Under the pieces are notes generated by a model, which was given only the letters and a program-made list of their open reading frames with translations, was not told the DNA's origin and did not search any database. This document shows, piece after piece, positions 53,401-62,400 of a DNA stretch of 64,000 nt; the stretch's first letter is position 1; the number at the start of each line of letters is the position of its first letter. The stretch spans positions 7,584,001-7,648,000 of the forward strand of contig OY970303.1 of assembly GCA_963716255.1 (NCBI GenBank), in the 5' to 3' direction. Source of the stretch: an uncultured Gemmatimonadales bacterium (lineage in GTDB: Bacteria; Gemmatimonadota; Gemmatimonadetes; Longimicrobiales; Longimicrobiaceae). Made by a program: the position numbers and the translations under genes.

Positions 53401-56400
53401 GGGTGGAGCGCGCGGGCGGGCTGAAGCTGCGCCTGGAGTACGCTGCCGCCCGCATCGGGGGCGCCGCGGCGGGGCGGGTGCTGGAGCACCTGGAGGTGCT
53501 CCTGGCCGGGATGGCGGCCGGCCCCGGCCGAACGCTCGCGGAGATCCCGCTCCTCCCGGAGGCGGAGCGTCGCCAGCTCCTCGCCGGGTGGGGCCGGGCG
53601 GAGGGAGCGCGTCCGGCCGACCTCCCCCTGCACCGGCTCGTCGCCCTCCAGGCGGCGCGCACACCGGACGCCGTGGCGCTGGCGCACGGGACCCGGAGGG
53701 TGAGCTACGCCGAGCTGGAGCGGGATGCGAACCGGGTGTCCCACCTCCTGCGCGGGCGGGGCGTGGGCGCCGGGGCGCGCGTGGCCGTGTGCCTGGAGCC
53801 GTCCCCGGAGATGGTCGCGGCGGTGCTGGGGGTGCTCGGGGCCGGCGCGGCCTACGTCCCGCTCGACCCCTCGTACCCGCGGGAGCGGCTGGACTTCGTC
53901 CTCCGGGACGCCTCCGCCGCGCTCGTCCTCACCCGGAGCCCGCTCCTGGACCGCGTCCCGGGGGGAAGCGCGGAGGTGCTCTGCCTGGACGCGGAGCGGG
54001 AGCGCCTGGCCCGGGAGCCGGAAACGGCGCCGGGCGCCGCGGTAGGCCCGGAAAGCCTGGCATACCTCGTCTACACCTCGGGCTCGACCGGGACGCCCAA
54101 GGGGGTGATGGTCGAGCACCGGAGCGCGTCGCGCGCGCTCCGGTCGTTCGTGGACGCCTTCGGCTTCCGGGGCGGGGACGTGATCCCCTCCCTGGCGAGC
54201 TTCGCCTTCGACATCTGGCTCTTCGAGACCCTCGCTCCCCTCGCCGCGGGCGCCACCGTGCGGCTCCTTTCCCGGGAGGAGGTCACCGACCTCCCCGCCC
54301 TGGTGGCGCGGCTCGGGGAGGCCACGCTCGCGCACGCGGTCCCCGCGCTCATGCGCCAGGTCGCCGGCGCGGTGCGCTCGGCGCCCGCGGGCTCCCTCCC
54401 GGGGATGCGGCAGGTGTTCGTGGGCGGGGACGCGGTGCCGGCGGAGCTGCTGGAGGAGATGCGCGAGGCGTTCCCCGCGGCGCAGATCCGGGTCCTGTAC
54501 GGCCCCACGGAGGGAACCGTCGTCTGCGCCAGCCACGCGGTCGAGGGCCACGAGGCGGGGCAGGTGGTGGGCGCCGAGCTGGGGAGCGCGCGCCTCTACG
54601 TCCGCGACCCGTGGGGGGAGGTCGCCCCGCTCGGCGTCCCCGGGGAGCTGTGGATCGGGGGGGCGGGGGTGGCGCGCGGCTACCACGGGCGGCCGGAGCT
54701 GACGGCGGAGCGCTTCCTCCCCGACCCGTACGGGAGCGATCCCGGCGGGCGCCTGTACCGCACGGGGGACCGGGTGCGGCGGCGGGAGGACGGCGTCCTG
54801 GAATTCCTGGGCCGCACGGACCGGCAGGTCAAGGTGCGGGGCTTCCGGATCGAGCCCGGCGAGGTGGAGGGCGCGCTGGAGCGGCACCCCGCCGTGCGGG
54901 AGGCGGTGGTGGTGGTGCGGGAGGACGCGCCGGGCGACCGGCGCCTGGTGGCCTACGTGGTGGCGTCCGGCGCAGAGCGGGCGCCCGGCGGGGAGGAGCT
55001 GCGCCGGCACCTGAGGGAAACGCTCCCGGAGCACATGGTCCCCTCCGCCTTCGTGGCGCTGGAGCGCCTTCCCCTGAACGCCAACGCCAAGGTGGACCGC
55101 CGCGCCCTCCCCGCTCCGGAGCGGGAAGCGCCCGGCGAGTCGTACGTCGCTCCGCGGACCGGCGTGGAGGCGACGCTGGCGGGGGTGTGGGCGGAGGTGC
55201 TGCGGGTGGAGCGGGTGGGGGTGGAAGACAACTTCTTCGAGCTGGGCGGCGACTCCATCCTTTCCATCCAGGTGGTGGCCCGCGCCCGCCGGGCCGGGGT
55301 GGTGGTCACCCCGAAGCAGCTCTTCGAGGAGCAGACCGTCGCCGCGCTGGCGCGGGTGGCGCGCGCGCAGGCCGACGCTCCTCCCCGCCCGGCCGGGGAA
55401 GCCGGGGGGCGGGAGGCGCCGGTCCGGCCGGCCACGGACCCGGGGGCAGAGGATGCGTACCCGCTCTCGCCCATGCAGGAGGGGATGCTCTTCCACACCC
55501 TCTACTCGCCCGGCTCGGGAGACTACGTCGCCCAGTTCCGCTACGACCTGGTGGGCGAGCTGGACGCGGACGCCTGGACGCGGGCCTGGCAGGGAGTGGT
55601 GGACCGGCACACCGCGCTCCGCACCCGCTTCCTGTGGGAGGGAGCCGACGTCCCGCTCCAGGTGGTGCCCGCCCGCGCCGAGCTCCCCGTCCGGCACGAG
55701 GACTGGCGGGAGCTGCCGGAGGCCGGCCGGAGGGAGCGGCTGGAGCGATACCTGGCGGAGGACCGCGCCCGCGGCTTCGACCCGGCCACGGCGCCGCTCA
55801 TGCGGCTGGCCCTCTTCCGCACGGGAGATGCCGACCACCACCTGGTGTGGACTCACCACCACCTGGTCCTGGACGGGTGGAGCCTCCCCCTGGTGTGGAG
55901 GGAGGTGTCCGCCGTCTACCGCGCCCTCCGCGCCGGCCGCCCCGCGGAGCTCCCGGAGCCCCGGCCATACCGGGAGTACGTGGAGTGGGTGGGGTGGCAG
56001 GACCCGGGGCGGGCGGAGTCCTTCTGGAGACACGCCCTCGCCGGCTTCCGCGCCCCCACCCCCCTGGGCGTCGACCGCGCCCCCGCGCCCGGCGCCTCCG
56101 GCTACGGCCGCGCCGAGCACCGCCTCCCCCCGGAGGCCACCGCCCGGCTGCGCGCGCTGGCCCGCCGCGGGCGCCTGACCCTCAACACCCTGGTCCAGGG
56201 CGCCTGGGCCCTCCTCCTCGCCCGCTACTCGGGGGAGGAGGACGTGCTCTTCGGCGCCACGGTCTCGGGGCGGCCGGGGGAGGTCGAGGGGGTGGAGGAG
56301 ATGGTGGGGCTCTTCATCAACACGCTCCCGGTGCGGGTGCGGGTGCGCGGGGAGGCGGAGGTGGGAGCGTGGCTGGGGGAGGTGCAGGAGGGGCAGGCGG

Positions 56401-59400
56401 TGCTGCGGGAGCACGAGCACACGCCGCTGGTGCAGGTGCAGAAGTGGAGCGAGGTGCCGGCGGGGGAGCCCCTCTTCGAGAGCATCCTCGTCTTCGAGAA
56501 CTACCCCATGCAGTCGGCGCTCGGCCGCGTGGAGGAGCGCCTGGAGGTGCGCGGGCGCGGCGGGGTGGAGCAGACGAGCTATCCGCTCACCCTGAGCGCC
56601 TCCCCCGGCGAATCGCTCCACCTGCGCCTGGACTTCCTGAGCGGCCGCTTCGACGAGGCGGCGGCCGGGCGGATGCTGGAGCACGCCGCCGTGCTCCTGG
56701 AGGAGATGGGGGCGCGCCCCGGCGCCCGCCTTTCCGCCCTCTCCCTCCTGCGCGCGGAGGAGCGCCGGGAAGTGGTCGAGCGCTGGCGGGGCACCGGGCG
56801 CGCGGCGCCTCCGGGACTCTGCGTCCACGATCTCTTCGCCCGGCAGGCCCGGCTCACCCCCGGGGCGGTGGCCCTGGTCCACGAGGACGAGCGGCTGAGC
56901 TTCGCGGAGCTGGAGCGCCGGGCGAACCGGCTCGCCGGATACCTGCGCCGCAGGGGCGCGGGGCCGGACGTCCCGGTGGGGATCTGCCTGGAGCGCGGGG
57001 TGGAGATGGTGGTCGCGACCCTCGGCGTCCTCAAGGCCGGAGGCGCCTGCCTCCCCCTGGACCCCGCCTACCCGGCGGAGCGGCTGGCCTTCATGCTGGA
57101 CGACGCGGCGGCGCCGCTCGTGCTCACCCGGCAGGGGCTCCTGGGCCGCCTCCCGGAAGGGCTCCCGGTGTGCCTGGACCGGGACGCGGACGAGGTCGCC
57201 GCCGAGAGCGGCGAGGCCCCTGCCGTCGCGGTCACCCCCGAGCACCTGGCCTACGTCGTCTACACCTCGGGCTCCACGGGGACCCCCAAGGGCACCGGGG
57301 TGCCGCACCGCGCCATCCCCGGCTTCTTCGAGGGGGTGGAGTACGCCCGCTTCGGCGCGGAGCAGGTGTACCTGCAGCACTCGTCCCCCTCGTGGGACGC
57401 CTCGTTCCTGGAGCTCTGGCCCCCGCTCCTCACGGGAGGGACGTGCGTCCTCTACCCCGGGAGGAGCCCGGAGCCGGAGGTCCTGGGCGAGCAGATCCGG
57501 AGGCACGGGGTCACCACCCTCTGGCTCCCCTCCGCGTACTTCAACCTGCTGGTGGACACCTCACCGGAGGTCCTCGGCGGCGTGGAGCAGCTCCTGGTCG
57601 GCGGCGAGGCGGTGTCGGCGCCGCACGTGCGCCGCGCGCAGGAGCTCCACCCCGGCATGCGGATCGTGAACGGGTACGGCCCGTCCGAGTGCACGGTCTT
57701 CACCAGTTGCTGGCCGGTCCCGCGGGACTTCGCGGGGAGCACGGTCCCCATCGGCGAGCCGGTGGGCGACCGGCGGGCCTGCCTCCTGGACCGCTGGATG
57801 GAGCCGGTGCCGGACGGCGTCCCGGGCGAGCTGTACGTGGGCGGGCCGGCGGTGGCGCGGGGATACCTGGGGCGGCCGGAGCCGACCGCGGAGCGCTTCG
57901 TCCCGGACCCCTTCGCCGTCGAGCCGGGGGCGCGGTGCTACCGCACGGGAGACCGGGCGCGCCGCCTCCCCGGCGGGGCGCTGGAGTTCCTGGGGCGCGT
58001 GGACCGGCAGGTGAAGGTGCGCGGCTTCCGCATCGAGCCCGGGGAGGTGGAGGCGGCGCTCGCCGGCCACCCGGGGGTGCGCGAGGCGGCGGTGATCGTC
58101 CGCGGCGAGGGGCGGGAGCGGCGCCTGGTGGGGTACGTGGCCGCGGCCGGGGGCGCCGCGCCCTCCGCGGGCGAGCTGCGGGAGCACCTCCGGGGGCGGA
58201 TGCCGGAGCACATGGTCCCCTCCGCCTTCGTGGTCCTCCCGGCCCTCCCGCTCACGCGCAACGGGAAGGTGGACCGGCGCGCCCTCCCCGACCCGGACCT
58301 CGCCGTCGGCGGGGAGGGCTACGTGGCTCCGCGGACCCCCGCGGAGGAGGCGCTGGCGCGGGTGTGGGCGGAGGTGCTGCGGGTGGAGCGGGTGGGAGTG
58401 GAGGACAACTTCTTCGAGCTGGGCGGCGACTCCATCCTTTCCATCCAGGTGGTGGCCCGCGCCCGCCGGGCCGGCGTGGCGATCACCCCGCGCGACGTCT
58501 TCGAGCGGCAGACCGTCGCCGGGGTGGCGCTCGCGGCGGGGCGGCTCGCGGAGCCGCGCGGCGCGGCGGAGCCGGAGCCGGAGGGGGGCGCGGTGGAGCT
58601 GACGCCGGTGCAGCGCTGGTTCTTCGAGACGGAGGTCCCGGCGCGGCACCACTGGAACATGTCGCTGCTCCTGCGCCCGCGTGAGGCGCTCGACCCCGCC
58701 GTGCTCCGGGGGGCGCTGGACGCGCTGGCGGCGCACCACGGCGCGCTGCGGATGCGCTTCGCCCGGGACGCCGGGGGGTGGACGCAGGCCTACGGCGCCG
58801 GGGGACCGGCCCTCCCGCTCGCGCGCTTCGACCTGTCGTCCCTCGCGGAGCCGGACCGCGCGCCGGAGCTGGAGCGGATCGGCGCCGGGCTGCAGGGAAG
58901 CCTCGACCTGTCGGCCGGGCCGGTGGCGCGGGCGGGGCTATTCGAGCTGGGCGGCGGGGAGCAGAGGCTGCTCCTGGTGGCGCACCACCTGGTGACCGAC
59001 GGCGTCTCCTGGCGCATCCTCCTGGAGGACCTGGAGTCGGCGTACGGGAGCCGCGCGCGCGGCGAGACGGCGGCGCTCCCGGCGAAGACCACATCGTTCG
59101 GCCGGTGGGCGGCGCGCCTGGCCGCGCACGCGCGGCGGGGCGGCTTCGACGCCGAGCTCCCCTGCTGGACGGCCGCGGGGCGGGAGCGCGCGGCGGCGCT
59201 CCCGGTGGACCGCCCGGGCGGCGTGAACGCCGGGGCCTCCGCCCGCAGCGTCCGCCTCTCGCTCGGCGAGGAAGAGACCCGGGCGCTCCTGCAGGAGGCG
59301 CCGCGGGCGTACCGGACGCAGATCAACGACGTCCTCCTGGCGGCGCTCGCCCGGACGCTCCGGCGCTGGACCGGGGACCCCGTCCTCCGGGTGGAGCTGG

Positions 59401-62400
59401 AGGGGCACGGGCGCGAGGAGATCTTCGAGGACGTGGACCTGTCGCGCACGGTGGGGTGGTTCACCACGGTGTACCCCGTGCTCCTGGACCTGCGCGGCGC
59501 CGGGGACGAGGGAGCGTCGCTGAAGGCGGTCAAGGAGCAGCTCCGGGGGATCCCCGGCCGGGGGATCGGCTACGGCGCGCTCCGGTACCTCCACCCCGAC
59601 CCGGAGGTGCGGGAGCGGCTGGCCGCGATCCCCCCGGCGCAGGTCAGCTTCAACTACCTGGGGCAGTTCGACGGGACCCTCTCGCGCGAGGCCTTCTTCG
59701 CGCTGGGGCGGGAGCGTGCCGGCCCCGCCGTGGGCGCCGGGGGCGAGCGCACCCACCTGTTCGAGGTGAGCGGGGTGGTGGAGGGCGGCCGGCTGCACCT
59801 GACCTGGGAGTACAGCGAGGCGCTCCACCTCCGCGAGACCGTGGAGGGGCTGGCGGAAGGGCTCGCGGCGGAGCTGCGGGCGCTGGTGGACCACTGCCGC
59901 TCGGAGGGGGCCGGAGGGTACACCCCCTCGGACTTCCCCCTGGCCGGGCTGGACCAGGCCGCGCTGGACCGGTGCCTCGCGGGCAAGCGCGACGTGGAGG
60001 ACGTGTACCCCCTCGCGCCCATGCAGGAAGGGATGCTCTTCCACACCCTCTACTCGCCCGGCTCCGGGGACTACGTCGCCCAGTTCGTCTTCGACGTCAC
60101 GGGGGAGCTGGACCGCGCCGCCTGGTCGCGTGCCTGGCAGGGGGTGGTGGACCGCCACGCCGCGCTCCGGACGCGCTTCCTCTGGGAGGGGGTGGACCGT
60201 CCCCTGCAGGTGGTGCAGGCCCGTGTCCCCCTCCCCGTGCGGGAGGAGGACTGGCGCGGGCTCCCGGACGGGGAGCGGGAGTCGCGGCTCGCCGGGTACC
60301 TGCGCGACGACCGGGCGCGGGGATTCGATCCCGCCCTCGCGCCGCTCCTGCGCCTCGCCCTCTTCCGCACGGGCGACGAGGCGCACACCCTGGTCTGGAG
60401 CCACCACCACCTCACCATCGACGGGTGGAGCCTCCCCCTGGTCTGCCGCGAGGTGGTCGCGCTCTACGAAGCGTTCAGCCGCGGCGGCGCCGCGCGCCTC
60501 GCCCCCGTCCATCCGTACCGGAAGTACATCGAGTGGATGGGGCGGCAGGACCCGGGGCGGACGGAGTCCTTCTGGAGACACGCCCTCGCCGGCTTCCGCG
60601 CCCCCACCCCCCTGGGCGTCGACCGCGTCCCCGCTCCCGGCGCCTCCGGCTACGGCCGCGCCGAGCACCGCCTCCCCCCGGAGGCCACCGCCCGGCTGCG
60701 CGCGCTGGCCCGCCGCGGGCGCCTGACCCTCAACACCCTGGTCCAGGGCGCCTGGGCCCTCCTCCTCGCCCGCTACTCGGGGGAGGAGGACGTGCTCTTC
60801 GGCGCCACGGTCTCGGGGCGGCCGGGGGAGGTCGAGGGGGTGGAGGAGATGGTGGGGCTCTTCATCAACACGCTCCCGGTGCGGGTGCGTGTGCGCGCGG
60901 AGGCGGAGGTGGAGGCGTGGCTGGGGGAGGTGCAGGGGGGGCAGGCGGTGCTGCGGGAGCACGAGCACACGCCGCTGGTGCAGGTGCAGAAGTGGAGCGA
61001 GGTGCCGGCGGGGGAGCGACTCTTCGAGAGCATCCTCGTCTTCCAGAACCACCCGGCGCCGGGCGCGGCGGGGAGCCCCGGGGAGCGCCGCGTCCGGATG
61101 AGCGCCCGCGACGGCTTCGAGCAGTCCGACGACCCCGTCACCCTCAGTGCCGTCCCCGGCGAATCGCTGTACGCGCGGCTCGACTTCGCGCGGGCGCGCT
61201 TCGACGACGCCACGGCGGAGCGGATGCTGGCGCACCTCGGCACGCTCCTGGAGGAGATGGGGGCGCGCCCCGGCGCGCGGCTCCGCGACCTTTCCCTCCT
61301 CACGCAGGCGGAGCGGCGCCGGCTCCGCGAGGAGTGGGACGCCGCGGCGCGGGAATTCCCGCGGGACCTCGGCCTGCACGAGCTCTTCGCGCTGCAGGCG
61401 ACGCGCACCCCCGACGCCCCGGCCGCCGTCTCCGACGGGGGGAGCCTGTCCTACGCCGGGCTGGACCGGCTCGCCAACCGCGTCGCCCGCTACCTGGGCC
61501 GGCTCGGGGTGGGTCCCGAGGTCCGGGTGGCGCTCTGCTTCGAGCGCTCCCTGGACATGGTGGCGGCCATCCTGGGCGTCCTCAAGGCCGGCGCCGCCTA
61601 CGTCCCGCTCGACCCCGCCTACCCGCCGCAGCGGCTGGAGCTGCTGCTCCGGGACTGCGGCGCCCGCCTGCTCCTCACGCACGGGGCGGCGGCCGGCCGG
61701 CTCCCGTCCTCCGGGGTGCCGGTCGTGCGCCTGGACGCGGAGCGGGAGCGGATCGCGCGGGAGGCCCCGGAGGCCCCGGAGAGCGGCGCCTCCGCGGAAA
61801 GCCTGGCGTACGTCATCTACACCTCCGGCTCCACCGGCACCCCCAAGGGGGCGATGCTCCCGCACCGGGCCGTGGTCAACTACGCCGTGGACATGGCCGC
61901 GCGGCTCGGCCTCTCGCCGCGCGACCGCGTTCTCCAGTTCGCGTCGCCCGGGTTCGACGTCGTCGTGGAGGAGATCTTCCCCGCCTGGCTCAGCGGCGCC
62001 GCCGTGGTCCTTTCCCGCGACGAGCTCCTCCTCCCGCCCGAGCTCCTGCGCGTGGTCGCCCACCACGGCGTCAGCATGTTCGAGCTCCCCACGGCGTACT
62101 GGCACGCCTGGGTGCACGAGGTGGCGCACGCCGGGCTCCGCCTCCCGGAGTGCGTTCGCTGCGTCCTGGTGGGCGGGGAGCGCGTCCTCCCCGAGCGGCT
62201 GGCCGAGTGGAGCACCCTGGGGGTCCCCCTGGTGCACGTCTTCGGCCTCACCGAGACCGCCTGCACCTCCGCCACGCTGCGCCTGGAGGCGGGCGACGAC
62301 GGCGCCCGCTGGCCCAACCTCCCCCTGGGACACCCCACCGGGAACGTCCGCCTCTACGTCCTCGACCGCGCCGGACACCCCGCCCCGCACCGGGCGCCGG

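Noticed and set aside
44828..58684. Plus-strand ORFs 44828-51967 and 52226-58684, suggesting a frameshifted NRPS
   Set aside because: Off-frame Gly/Ala/Arg/Pro-rich shadows; the true NRPS frame from 44415 is simply unlisted because it has no stop in the window
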